Positions 8,165 to 18,500 of a stretch of 33,628 bases of DNA are shown one piece after another. Source of the stretch: a virus (Duplodnaviria > Caudoviricetes). Numbering within the stretch: position 1 is the first letter of the stretch; each line of letters begins with the position of its first letter. The stretch spans positions 1 to 33,628 of IMG/VR virus record IMGVR_UViG_3300017913_000012; one strand, 5' to 3'. The notes below the pieces were generated by a model, which was not told the DNA's origin, ran no database searches, and saw only the letters and a program-made list of their open reading frames with translations. The translations under genes were made by a program, and so were the position numbers.

Positions 8165-9952
8165 ATGGCAGGATACACACGTCAGGACACAGCAAACAAT
8201 ATTGCTAACGGTAACGTTATTGATGCGGATGACTTTGATGCTGAGTACAACCAGCTAGAGTCAGCCTTTAACGCATCTAGTGGTCACTCACACGATGGTA
8301 CATCAGGTGAAGGTGCACCTATTACAAAGGTAGGCCCAAGCCAAGACCTTGTAGTATCAGCTACACAGGTTCTACCTAAGACAACTAACACACTTGATCT
8401 AGGCTCTGCCAGTGTTCAGTTCAAAGATGCACACTTTGATGGTACAGTAGATGCTGATGCATTTACAGGGCCACTTACTGGTAATGTAACTGGTGACTTA
8501 ACAGGTGATGTAACAGGTAATGTTACAGGAGATGTAACTGGTACCGTGTCAAACATCAGTAATCACGATACTGACGATCTATCTGAAGGTTCAACCAACC
8601 AGTATTATACTGATACACGAGCACGTAGCTCTATATCAGCTACAGGTAGTTTGAGTTATAATAGTGGTACAGGAGTTATATCTTTTACTCAAGGTGACAC
8701 AGATACTGTATCGGAAGGCTCTACTAACCTATACTACACAGACGCAAGATCACGTAACGCTATATCGGTAACTGACAGTGGTGGTGATGGTGGTTTAGCT
8801 TATAGTAGTTCAACTGGTGTAATTACGTACACTGGCCCTAGTGCTTCAGAAGTAAGAGCACACATTAGCGGCGGTACAGGTGTAACAATTACAGACGGCT
8901 CTATTGCTATTGGTCAGGCTGTAGGTACGTCATCAAACGTTACATTCAATGATGTTGTAGTATCAGGCGATCTTACTGTATCAGGTACTACTACATATAT
9001 AGATACAACACACCTAAACGTGTCTGACAATCAGATCATCCTTAACTACGATGTAACAGGTACACCTACACAAAATGCAGGTATTGAAGTAGAACGTGGT
9101 ACGCTAACTAACAAAACGCTTATCTGGAATGAGACAGATGACAAGTGGACTGTAGGCAGTGAGACATTTGTAGCAGGTACTTTTGAGGGTGCGCTTACTG
9201 GTAACGTAACGGGTAACGTAACAGGTAACGTAACTGGTGATGTCACAGGCAATGCTGATACAGCAACAACACTAATTACAGCACGTACTATTGCAGGTCA
9301 GAGCTTTGATGGCTCTGCTGATATTAGTATTGCCCCTACAGACCTTACTGGTGTTACGGCTACAGCCACAGAATTAAATATAGTTGATGGTAGTACAAGT
9401 GCAACTGCTACAACGTTAGCGGATGCTGACCGTGCAGTTGTAAATGACGACGGCACGATGGTGCAGGTCGCCATGACGGACTTCACCACATACTTTGAAT
9501 CTAACATTGATGCTCTTTCAGGGGTAACGATTACGGATAGTGAGTTAGCAGGTGCCACTGTTGAAAAGTTTACAAACAACACTTCATCCGCTTCAGGAGC
9601 GTTTAACTTTGATTGTAAAACACAATCGGTATACTTAAACTCTGCTACCGCCTCTGGAAACATACAATTAAATTTTAGAGGTGACGCCTCTACCACTTTT
9701 GCTGATATCGTTCCTGTAGGTAAATCGTTGACTGCAGTTTATGCATTGAACAATGGAACTACACCCTACTATGTTTCTGATGTCAAAATAGACGGCGTTT
9801 CGCAACTGAGCGGTCAGGAATTCTTTTGGCAAGGTGGGACGCAACCCTCCTCTGGGAACGCAAGTGGTATGGATGTATACACATTTACTTTCTTTAGACG
9901 AAGCTCTAGTGGATGGACTATCTTTGCAAACAGAACTTTCTACGGTACATAG
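8165..9952 (+). CDS. Tail fibre protein (595 aa)
   Basis: N-terminal anchor-like segment (GNVIDADDFDAEYNQL...GHSHDG), TG(N/D)V tetrapeptide runs, two DTD.(L/V)SEGSTN.YYTD.R repeats; T/S/G-rich. Confidence 0.85.
   Translation: MAGYTRQDTANNIANGNVIDADDFDAEYNQLESAFNASSGHSHDGTSGEGAPITKVGPSQDLVVSATQVLPKTTNTLDLGSASVQFKDAHFDGTVDADAFTGPLTGNVTGDLTGDVTGNVTGDVTGTVSNISNHDTDDLSEGSTNQYYTDTRARSSISATGSLSYNSGTGVISFTQGDTDTVSEGSTNLYYTDARSRNAISVTDSGGDGGLAYSSSTGVITYTGPSASEVRAHISGGTGVTITDGSIAIGQAVGTSSNVTFNDVVVSGDLTVSGTTTYIDTTHLNVSDNQIILNYDVTGTPTQNAGIEVERGTLTNKTLIWNETDDKWTVGSETFVAGTFEGALTGNVTGNVTGNVTGDVTGNADTATTLITARTIAGQSFDGSADISIAPTDLTGVTATATELNIVDGSTSATATTLADADRAVVNDDGTMVQVAMTDFTTYFESNIDALSGVTITDSELAGATVEKFTNNTSSASGAFNFDCKTQSVYLNSATASGNIQLNFRGDASTTFADIVPVGKSLTAVYALNNGTTPYYVSDVKIDGVSQLSGQEFFWQGGTQPSSGNASGMDVYTFTFFRRSSSGWTIFANRTFYGT
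8473..8544 (+). repeat. Coding 12-bp degenerate tandem repeat (TG[N/D]V)n, block 1
   Basis: actggtaatgta/actggtgactta/acaggtgatgta/acaggtaatgtt/acaggagatgta. Confidence 0.85.
9194..9253 (+). repeat. Coding 12-bp degenerate tandem repeat (TG[N/D]V)n, block 2
   Basis: actggtaacgta/acgggtaacgta/acaggtaacgta/actggtgatgtc. Confidence 0.85.
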
Positions 9953-9961
9953 GATTAGCAC

Positions 9962-10582
9962 ATGCCATTACTAAGTACATTAGGATCAGCATCAAGTCAT
10001 TCATTTAAACGCTCTTACAGTGATGTTATCTACCATGTTGTTGGTAGTGGAGGCGGCGGTGGTGGCGCAGGGAACGGTACGGCAGGTACAGCGGGTGCCA
10101 CAACTAGTATATCTGGGTCAGGCTTCACTACAGTAACATCAACAGGTGGCGGTGGTGGCCTTGGAGGTCAAGGTGTTGTAGATGGTGCGGGAACATCTCC
10201 TGGTGCAGCGGGTGGTGCGGGGACTATCATAGGCGGTGTTGAGCGTGGCGCAGGTGGCAATGGTGGATCAGGTCGTAGCTCATCAGGTAGTGGCGCTGAT
10301 TACGATCTAGGTGGCGCAGGCGGCGGCGGCTCAGGCGGTCAGGGTGGCGCACAACCTGGTGGCGGTGGCTCTCCTGGTGGTGCAGCAGGTCAATACAAAA
10401 CAGGCACTCTATCAAACATTGCTGTAGGTACAACTATAACAGTTACTATAGGTTCTGGGGGTACAGGAGGCACAAACTCACATGGTGGTACAAACGGTCA
10501 GAATGGTGGTAATGGTTTTGTACGCCTAACTATTAACGGCACAAATTACGACTTTACTTCATCTGGAACTTATACGGTGTAA
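9962..10582 (+). CDS. Glycine-rich fibre-tip/adhesin-like protein (206 aa)
   Basis: VVGSGGGGGG...GGAAG...ITVTIGSGG...GGNGFVR glycine-rich domain directly after the tail fibre. Confidence 0.75.
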   Translation: MPLLSTLGSASSHSFKRSYSDVIYHVVGSGGGGGGAGNGTAGTAGATTSISGSGFTTVTSTGGGGGLGGQGVVDGAGTSPGAAGGAGTIIGGVERGAGGNGGSGRSSSGSGADYDLGGAGGGGSGGQGGAQPGGGGSPGGAAGQYKTGTLSNIAVGTTITVTIGSGGTGGTNSHGGTNGQNGGNGFVRLTINGTNYDFTSSGTYTV

Positions 10583-10634
10583 TTATGAGCAACATCAACT
10601 TGACACCAGATATTTTATATAGGTAACCTGTAAA

Positions 10635-10817
10635 ATGAAGTTTGAACAAGTAATAGGCGTCTTAAGTGTATCTATTTTAGGTTGGGGTGCAATGCAGCTT
10701 TATCAAATGAAAGCTGATATGGCTGTTGTAACATATAAAGTAGAAGAAAACTACAAGATGATCAAACCTATGTGGCAAGATTTTTTAGTTCGTAGTAATC
10801 GACTGGCAGAAAAATGA
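10635..10817 (+). CDS. Small membrane protein (60 aa), possible lysis accessory
   Basis: N-terminal hydrophobic segment VIGVLSVSILGWGAM followed by an amphipathic helix. Confidence 0.6.
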   Translation: MKFEQVIGVLSVSILGWGAMQLYQMKADMAVVTYKVEENYKMIKPMWQDFLVRSNRLAEK

Positions 10818-10966
10818 CTTGTCTTATATTCCTTGTAGGATTTGGTCACAGCTTCTACGATGGATTTTACAAGTCTTGTTTGTATAAATGTTCTGATAAT
10901 ACCAGAAAGTACTACAGAGTAACACCAGAATATATTTGCCCCAAAGAGATACGAGTTAATGATTGA
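10814..10966 (+). CDS. Small 4-Cys protein (50 aa), not in the ORF track
   Basis: ATGA overlap at 10814-10817; MTCLIFLVGFGHSFYDGFYKSCLYKCSDNTRKYYRVTPEYICPKEIRVND; fills the gap and overlaps the next gene by 8 nt. Confidence 0.65.
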   Translation: MTCLIFLVGFGHSFYDGFYKSCLYKCSDNTRKYYRVTPEYICPKEIRVND

Positions 10967-11435
10967 CCCTATTACAGCAGTTAGTGTAGCAACCAGTGCT
11001 TTTACAGCTATACAAAAAGCCGTAGCTGCGGGTAAAGAACTAGAAGACATTGGCAATACATTGGGTCGTTGGGCTGGTGCTATGTCAGACATTAACTGGC
11101 TAGAACAAAAGGCTAAGAACCCACCGTGGTACAAATCATTTACAGGTAGCCCTGAATCAGAAGCCATTCAAATATTTGCTGCTAAAGAAAAAGTTGAAAA
11201 GCAGAGAAAAGAAATATTACAAATGGTTACTTATATGTATGGTAGTAAGGGTAAGGAACGGTATCTTGAAACACTTAGAAAAGTTAAAGAGCAACGTAAG
11301 AAACATGCTTACCGAAAAGAAGAAATTAAACAGGCGATTGTTGAATGGGTTGTTGGCATACTGGTCATGGTATCAGGGATTGCTATCCTCGGCGTGGCAT
11401 TTTATTTCGTCGGTAAAAAGCAAGGAAAATGGTAG
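10959..11435 (+). CDS. Coiled-coil protein with C-terminal membrane anchor (158 aa)
   Basis: MIDPITAVSVATSAF N-terminus, K/E-rich helix, C-terminal hydrophobic stretch WVVGILVMVSGIAILGVAFYFVG. Confidence 0.75.
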   Translation: MIDPITAVSVATSAFTAIQKAVAAGKELEDIGNTLGRWAGAMSDINWLEQKAKNPPWYKSFTGSPESEAIQIFAAKEKVEKQRKEILQMVTYMYGSKGKERYLETLRKVKEQRKKHAYRKEEIKQAIVEWVVGILVMVSGIAILGVAFYFVGKKQGKW

Positions 11436-11444
11436 GACAGATAA

Positions 11445-13259
11445 ATGATGCAGTTTGCAGGATTTACCCCTAGACAAAAATTCACCATCCTAAGTAAGAT
11501 GGGGTATGGCGGTCCAGCTCAAGATGATGAGATGGAAGCATTCATGATGTCTAGACCAGAGTCACGTTCGTTAGTACAGAAGCTAGAACGTAAAGCTCGT
11601 CAGATGCAGGGCATCAGAAACATGAACGAGGGTGGTGATACAGGTGAGATAGAGTTAACGGAAGATCAAAAGAAACTTCGTGAAGCGGCTGGTAATGTGG
11701 CCTTAAAAGCTTACTCTGATCCAGCATCACTAGCAAAAAAACCTGATGTTACTGAGATAACTGAGCAACCAGGTACTATTATAGATGGTACTACAGTCGG
11801 ACAGGTTGGAGATCCAACTAAAGTAACGACCACTACTACTGCAGCCCCAACAGATATCACTGCTGAAACTTATGCAGCTTCTCAAACAAAACCTGCTATA
11901 ACTACAGCTTTAGAAGATGTTAGTGCAGCACAAGGCACTGTATCTGATGAAGCGCAAGTAACTGCGGCAACTAAAGAACCTACAGAAACTGCAGTCGGTG
12001 ATCTTGAAGCTGCTCAAGGTACTGGTATTCTTATGGAGAACCCAGTTCAAAGAGAGATTCAAGAAGGTGAACTTATCTCTGGAGTTGCAGATGCACAAAA
12101 AGCTGCAAAGTTTACTGAGCAGGTTCAGGCAGCTCAAGCAACACCTACAGAAAAAGCCACTGTACAAGGTCAACTAGATGGTCTTATGCAGCAGTTTGAA
12201 GGTGGTAATACACCAGCATGGGCAGCAGGAGCAATGCGAGCAGCTACTGCAACTATGGCAGCACGTGGTCTAAGTGCTTCTAGTATTGCAGGTCAGGCTG
12301 TAATCCAAGCTGCAATGGAATCTGCACTACCTATTGCACAAGCAGATGCATCAACTCAAGCATCTTTTGAAATGCAGAACTTGACTAACCGTCAACAACG
12401 TGCTATGCTTGCTGCACAACAACGTGCAGAATTTATGGGGCAAGAGTTTGACCAAGCATTCCAAGCTCGTGTTCAAAATGCAGCTAAGATTGCTGACGTT
12501 GCCAACATGAACTTTACTGCTGAACAACAGATTGCTTTGGAGAATAGTCGTATTGTTAATACGATGAACTTGCAGAACCTTTCCAACAAGCAAGCTATGG
12601 TAATGGCAGAAGCTGCTGCTGTATCTCAACTAGAGCAACAAAACCTGTCGAACGAACAGCAAGCTGCTGTACAAAATGCTCAGTCTTTCTTGCAAATGGA
12701 TATGCAGAATCTATCTAATGAGCAACAGACACAAATGTTTAAAGCTCAGACAGTTGCTTCAGCTATCTTAACAGATACCGCAGCTGACAATGCGGCTAAA
12801 CAATTCAATGCTTCTTCTGAAAACCAAACAAAACAGTTCATGAAAAACTTAGCTACTCAAGTGGCTATGCAAAACACTGCACAGTTGAATGCAGGTGAGC
12901 AGTTCAATGCTCAAGTTCAAAATAATAGAGATCAGTTTAATGCTACGAATGGTCTTGTTGTCGCACAATCTAATGCACAGTGGAGACAAAACATTACAAC
13001 ACTTAACACTGCTGCACAAAATGAAGCTAACATGGTAGTTGCGCAATTAGCAAACAACATTACCACTGCAGCAATGGAACAGCTTTGGCAACGTGAACGT
13101 GATATGATGGACTACGCTTTCAAAGGCACAGAGTCTAGTAAAGAAAGATCACTTGAACTTATCTTAGCTGATAAAAAATATGATGAGTATGCTAAGGCTA
13201 GAGCTGATGCGGAAGATACAGCTAAGTGGGAATTTTGGACAGATATTTTGTTAGGATAA
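11445..13259 (+). CDS. Internal virion (ejection) protein, Q/A/N-rich (604 aa)
   Basis: Long Q/A/N-rich helical region with NLSNxQQ and QFNA repeats, typical of DNA-delivery proteins; position after the tail genes. Confidence 0.7.
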   Translation: MMQFAGFTPRQKFTILSKMGYGGPAQDDEMEAFMMSRPESRSLVQKLERKARQMQGIRNMNEGGDTGEIELTEDQKKLREAAGNVALKAYSDPASLAKKPDVTEITEQPGTIIDGTTVGQVGDPTKVTTTTTAAPTDITAETYAASQTKPAITTALEDVSAAQGTVSDEAQVTAATKEPTETAVGDLEAAQGTGILMENPVQREIQEGELISGVADAQKAAKFTEQVQAAQATPTEKATVQGQLDGLMQQFEGGNTPAWAAGAMRAATATMAARGLSASSIAGQAVIQAAMESALPIAQADASTQASFEMQNLTNRQQRAMLAAQQRAEFMGQEFDQAFQARVQNAAKIADVANMNFTAEQQIALENSRIVNTMNLQNLSNKQAMVMAEAAAVSQLEQQNLSNEQQAAVQNAQSFLQMDMQNLSNEQQTQMFKAQTVASAILTDTAADNAAKQFNASSENQTKQFMKNLATQVAMQNTAQLNAGEQFNAQVQNNRDQFNATNGLVVAQSNAQWRQNITTLNTAAQNEANMVVAQLANNITTAAMEQLWQRERDMMDYAFKGTESSKERSLELILADKKYDEYAKARADAEDTAKWEFWTDILLG

Positions 13260-13262
13260 ATC

Positions 13263-14021
13263 ATGTCATCATATAAAAAACTTTTACTCACAGCTAGGGA
13301 ACAAGCTGACTTAAGATTTAGAGAAAAGGGTCTTGGCAAACGTACACGTAAGTTTGTAGATAACGAAGAAAACTCTGACCTCTTATCTGGTCAAAGCCTT
13401 GTACCTCAAAGAGTAAGGCAAGATGTGTCACAAGAAGAAGACTTCATGACCTCTTACTACAATAAGTTGTATGAACAAAACCAAGAGTTGAAAGAACAAC
13501 TTAGAGATACATCACCAGTACCTAAAACTTATGAGCAAGTTATTGCCAGACTACAACACCCAGAAAAAGCAGAGAGTTTAAAATCTGATACAGCATTCAT
13601 GGCTAAACTTGCAGAGATGCAAGAGAGCTTTCCTGGTTTAAAAGAACAAGAAGTTTTTAAGGTTATTGAAGGTGAATCTCGTTATAACCCTCAAGCTAAA
13701 AGTAAAGCTGGGGCAGTAGGTCTATTTCAGATGATGCCTGAAACACTTGCTGAACTAGGGTTTACACCTGAAGATATATTAGCAATGGAACCTACAGAGC
13801 AACTTTCTGTTTATGAGGGCTATCTAAAACGTTGGAACTATGATGGTTCCTTTGGGCTTGGTATTGTTCAAGCTGCACCTGCTTACCGTAAGTCGTCACC
13901 CGACACTGTCATATATAAAAAAGGTAGTAAAGAGTGGAAGATGAACCGTGGTTGGCGTGGCCCTAACAACGGTGACATCACTAAAAGAAGTATCGAAGCA
14001 TATTACGGAAGGGCTGAATAA
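13263..14021 (+). CDS. Virion-associated lytic transglycosylase (SLT domain, 252 aa)
   Basis: Catalytic motif ES.YNP.A.S.AGA.GLFQ.MP.T. Confidence 0.85.
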   Translation: MSSYKKLLLTAREQADLRFREKGLGKRTRKFVDNEENSDLLSGQSLVPQRVRQDVSQEEDFMTSYYNKLYEQNQELKEQLRDTSPVPKTYEQVIARLQHPEKAESLKSDTAFMAKLAEMQESFPGLKEQEVFKVIEGESRYNPQAKSKAGAVGLFQMMPETLAELGFTPEDILAMEPTEQLSVYEGYLKRWNYDGSFGLGIVQAAPAYRKSSPDTVIYKKGSKEWKMNRGWRGPNNGDITKRSIEAYYGRAE

Positions 14022-14539
14022 TGTTTAGTGCTCCAATTCCAGGACAATCTCTCACATCAGAACCAAGAAACTATCCTTGGGAAAACCCACCAGAGTATGC
14101 TGCTCCAGAGGATGCTTTGATGTGGCACATGGACAGATTGAAAGACCCTAAGAAAGTAGAGGCTATGGCCAGCCTACTTACAATGGGTCTTGATGTTGTC
14201 ACGATGACTGAAGGTATCCTTCGTGGTGCTGTAGCAGAGGGTCGTCATAGTATTGACGTATCACTTATCATCGGTCCAGTTATCCATGAGTATATTGTAG
14301 GCATTGCAGAAGCTGCTGACCTTGACTACAACGAGGGGCTAGAAGATAAAGATGAGCTTGGTATAGAAGATGTTGAGTATTCTGTTCGTTCTAAACAGGC
14401 TGAAGAAATACTCAAGTCACTTGAGGAAGGTGAGGATGTTGATCTGTCTGAAATGCAGGAACCTTCACCAGAAGTTATGGAAGAGCCAGAGGAAGAAGTG
14501 ACTGAAAAACCTATGGGCCTAATGGCACGGAGAACTTAA
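14021..14539 (+). CDS. Conserved phage protein, probable virion component (172 aa)
   Basis: TAATG coupling; APIPGQSLT...PWENPP N-terminus; acidic C-terminus. Confidence 0.75.
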   Translation: MFSAPIPGQSLTSEPRNYPWENPPEYAAPEDALMWHMDRLKDPKKVEAMASLLTMGLDVVTMTEGILRGAVAEGRHSIDVSLIIGPVIHEYIVGIAEAADLDYNEGLEDKDELGIEDVEYSVRSKQAEEILKSLEEGEDVDLSEMQEPSPEVMEEPEEEVTEKPMGLMARRT

Positions 14540-14540
14540 G

Positions 14541-15554
14541 ATGGGTATGTGGCAAGGTATAGCAAAAGGTTATCAGTCTGCTCAACAAAGAAGAGCTGCT
14601 GAAGAAGATCGTGAACTAACTCGTCGTAGAATAGAGTTAGCTGAAAAAGAGTTTGATCAAAACTCTATGCTTAAACGATTGGAACTTATTAAGAATATTA
14701 AGAGTAAGTTCGGTGGTGTGACAAACACTAAAAGATCTAACGGCACATCTGGTGACACTAACGTCAACCGACTGATGAACGTACTTACTAAACGTTTTAA
14801 TGTACCTAAAGAAACACTCTCTGAGTTGTATGCAAGTGGTGGTGTTGAAGCTATTAAGTCAGCCCATGACCTTGCCACACAGTACGATGAGCAATTTAGA
14901 ACTGGGCAGTTTACTGGAGCTTCTCCAGAATCTGTTATCGGAGAAATGCTAAACACAGCTATTGTAACTGCTCCAGAAACCAGAACTATTGATTGGGAGT
15001 CGATTGAAGAAGAGCTTGGTATGGAGATTGATGAAGCCACTAGAGAAATGGTTGGGTCTGAGATCACAGTACCAGGTGCAGTAGACTACACTTCTCCAGC
15101 TCTTATTGAGAAGCCAAGTTTATCAGAGTTAGACCAAGCAAATAAGATGGGTATCTCTAATGCTGAATCTCTAGCTCGTGATGAAACAAACCGTATTACT
15201 AATAGAATCAATCAGCTTCGCAATAAAGAAACTTTAGATTCTAACGAACAAGCAGAGCTTGACTGGTTGACTGAACGTGGTGTAGCTATCGACAATGCTA
15301 TGGAAGCTTATAAGAACGACAGCTTTACACCGCTTATCGAACTGTATGGTTCTGAGTTTATGAGTACCATAAAAGAATTTTATCCTAACCTTGAAGATGC
15401 ACCACTAAATCCTGCATTCAGCTCTGCTGCAGAAAGAGAAATTTCAGTTCCTAATAGGGCAGTGGCTACACAGCTATTGGCTGCAGGTATCTTGAGACCT
15501 GGTATGACTGTAAGGAATATGGAAACAGGTAAAATAATTCCTATTGGGGGTTAA
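14541..15554 (+). CDS. Putative internal virion protein (337 aa)
   Basis: GGAG RBS; MGMWQGIAKGY start followed by a coiled coil; lies among ejection genes. Confidence 0.7.
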   Translation: MGMWQGIAKGYQSAQQRRAAEEDRELTRRRIELAEKEFDQNSMLKRLELIKNIKSKFGGVTNTKRSNGTSGDTNVNRLMNVLTKRFNVPKETLSELYASGGVEAIKSAHDLATQYDEQFRTGQFTGASPESVIGEMLNTAIVTAPETRTIDWESIEEELGMEIDEATREMVGSEITVPGAVDYTSPALIEKPSLSELDQANKMGISNAESLARDETNRITNRINQLRNKETLDSNEQAELDWLTERGVAIDNAMEAYKNDSFTPLIELYGSEFMSTIKEFYPNLEDAPLNPAFSSAAEREISVPNRAVATQLLAAGILRPGMTVRNMETGKIIPIGG

Positions 15555-15555
15555 T

Positions 15556-18500
15556 ATGGAAGAGTACGAAGATGTACTAACTTTAGAGGAAGTTGGAATT
15601 GAACCCCCACTTACTTCTGATGAAATACTTGGGGAGTATGAAGCTCCCCTTTTAAATACACCACCCAGTTTAAAAGCTGAAAGCGTTCCTGTATCAGCCA
15701 ACGCTTTGGTAGATTTAGACTCCATCTTAAAAAGATACGGCAGACAATTAACCAAAGAAGATATCATTAACGATGATGATCTGATGGAAGTTGTACGGTC
15801 TAGCCTTGAAGCTAGATTTAAACCTGTTGGTACAGTTGGTGGTGTGTATCGTGGAGTTTCTGGTTTATCTGGTGCTGCTGTTGGTGGTACTGGCCCCCGT
15901 AATTATAGGGACATGGATGCAGAGGAAGCTTTTGAAACTTGGCAGAATTATCAGAGGTCTTTTGCTGGTGGACAATCTGTCACCACTGCTAATGAAGTAG
16001 TGTACGGGTTAAATGCTGATGATGAAATCAGACACAGACTAGGTGCTGGATACTACTTGTTTGATAACATGACTAATGCCTTTACTGGGGAAGGTTCTTG
16101 GTCAGAGATGGGTGATGCTATCTGGGATTACGGTAAAGCTGCTGTGTATGATCCCACCACTTTACTGTCGTTTGGTCTTGGTAAAGCTGTAAGCTATGCA
16201 GGTACTAAGGCTTCCACTGCTGCAGCTAGATCCATGATGATCAAGGGCTTTCAGGAGTATGTTAAACAAGGTATGAGTAAGACTGCTGCTAGAAAGGCAG
16301 TAGGACAAGTTGTAGCCAAAGCTGCCCCAGCCGCTACAGCAGATGCTATCATCAACATGGGACTTGATGTAGCTTACCAATCCCAACTTATTAGAACAGA
16401 TGTACAAGAAGAATACAGTGCTGCACAGACTGCTTTATCTGCTGCAGGTGCTCTTGTTATACCTGCACTTGTGGCTGGTACAACTGGTATCGGTGCTCTT
16501 AGAAAGAGTGACCTACTCAAGGATACCTTTATAGGTTACAAAGAGATTGATGTACCTAACATCTCTGCTGCTCAAGCTGTCGAACTTAACCGTAGAAGAA
16601 CAAAGGGTGATGTGCTTGTAGATTACCTGAGTGCTAACTTCGGTAAACTAGAGGGTAGCTCTGGAGACTTCCTTGATTGGGAAAGACTTAAGGCTCAAGC
16701 AGATGGTAACATTGCTTGGAACAAAGAGAACATGACTGATACAGAAGTTCTCAACGCATTCTTTAAAAGATTCTGGTTAGGTTCTGTTGATGGGGAAGTT
16801 GCAGGATACTACCAAGCATTAAGAGAAGCTGGGTTTGTTGTGCACAAATCTATGGTAGATGAGTACGGTCTAACAGGATCGTTTGCTCAAGCTATTAAGT
16901 TTATTAAGCCAGAAAAAATTACTGAGATTACAGATGCTTTTGAGCAAGGCACTGGGTTGAAACTTAATATTACAAAGACACCTCAAGGTTTAGCAGATCA
17001 CTTTGCTAAGTCGTCTTCACTTGCTGGTCAAACATTGTGGCTACCTTCACAACTATCTCGTCTAGAGAAGATGGGTAGGGCCGATGCTATTACAGCACTA
17101 AAGAATATGGGTGCGACAAGTAAACCTGCTGATGATCCAAAGACTTTTCAATTTGGTTTATCAATTTATAAGAGACTGCTAACATCACACTTGTCCACAA
17201 CTGGTGCAAACATTAAAGGTTTTACACAGCTTGTATCTCTAAATACTGCTGCTGACTTTGCTACTGCTGCAATTAATATGACTAGAGCTGGTGTGTTTAA
17301 AGCTTTTGGTGATGCTGACTCTGCTGCAAAGTATTACAACCGTGCATATGGTTCTGCTCTAGGTGCCGTAAGGCGTGGTGTTTCTGTACTATCTCCAGAG
17401 CTTGAGTATGAGTATGCTGAAAAGATTCTAAACCTAAACCCAAAGACTCAAGAAAAATTATTTAGAGATATCTCTGGTGATAGTGGTGTCAATCAAGCGC
17501 TTAAAACTTTCAACTTAGATCCAAACAACAAAATTGCTGCAGGTATGGACTCTGTAACCAAAGGTGTACAGACAGCAACGATGGTAAGACTTCAAGATGA
17601 GATCACAAAAACTTGGGCGTTTGGTAGTAACGTTAACCAGGCTATCATGCGAGAGTATGGAGTAACTCCAGAAAAATTCTTTAGTCGTTCTGATGTTGCT
17701 ATTGAAATGGCATCTGAAAGATTTCAGACAAACGTCCTAGAGAAAGCAACTTACAGAACTCTTCGTGAGACTGCATCTGTAAACTGGTCTACACTTCCTG
17801 GTAACAGAGGGTTCAGAGCTGCTGCTAAGTTCGTTGAAAAGATGACGAACCAAACTTTAGTAGGTTTTCTTGTCCCATTTGGTAGTTTCTTTAACACTAC
17901 TGTAGCTACAATGGCTGACCTATCTGGTGCTAATGCTATGCGATTTGCATATAAAAGAATGACTGGGCAGGAGTTAGACTTTGTTACTCAAGAAGGTGCC
18001 GAAGCTTTTGGTCGTATGGCTGCGGGTTGGAGTGCTGTAGGACTAGGAATTTATGGTACAGGTGGTTCTATAGATCGTATCCAACAAGGCTTGGGTTGGA
18101 GCCAAGATAGAAATGATGATGGTTCAATAGAAGATAGAACCTTTGACTGGCCTGCCTCTACTATGCGACTTGTAAGTCAAATAATAGGACACGCTTCAGG
18201 TGGTAGCAAGAATCCACAAGATTGGAAATTTTCAGAGATTCCTTCTGACCTTTGGACAGAACTAGGTATCCAATTAGGTGGTCAGTCCATTCGTGATCTA
18301 ACAGATTTTGAAAGAAGTTTTTACGAATATGTATCAGCACTTGGAGAAATTAAAGAGTCTCAACTTGTAACTGGTGAATTTGCAGGTGAAACTGTAAGTA
18401 AGTTTGTTGAGTTTACTGAGGACTTACTGCTCCCACCTTTAGGCAAAGCTTTTCAAGGTGCGACAAGACCTCTTGATCCAGTAAACCAAGTGGTTGGTTT

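Noticed and set aside
8473-9253. 12-bp periodic repeats as a CRISPR or non-coding repeat array
   Set aside because: They are in-frame TG(N/D)V peptide repeats with synonymous variation and no spacers.
9950-9964. Tail fibre and glycine-rich gene in frame across TAG-GAT-TAG (stop-codon reassignment?)
   Set aside because: Long genes are intact under the standard code, TAG ends several well-defined genes, and the only tRNA is a normal Arg tRNA.
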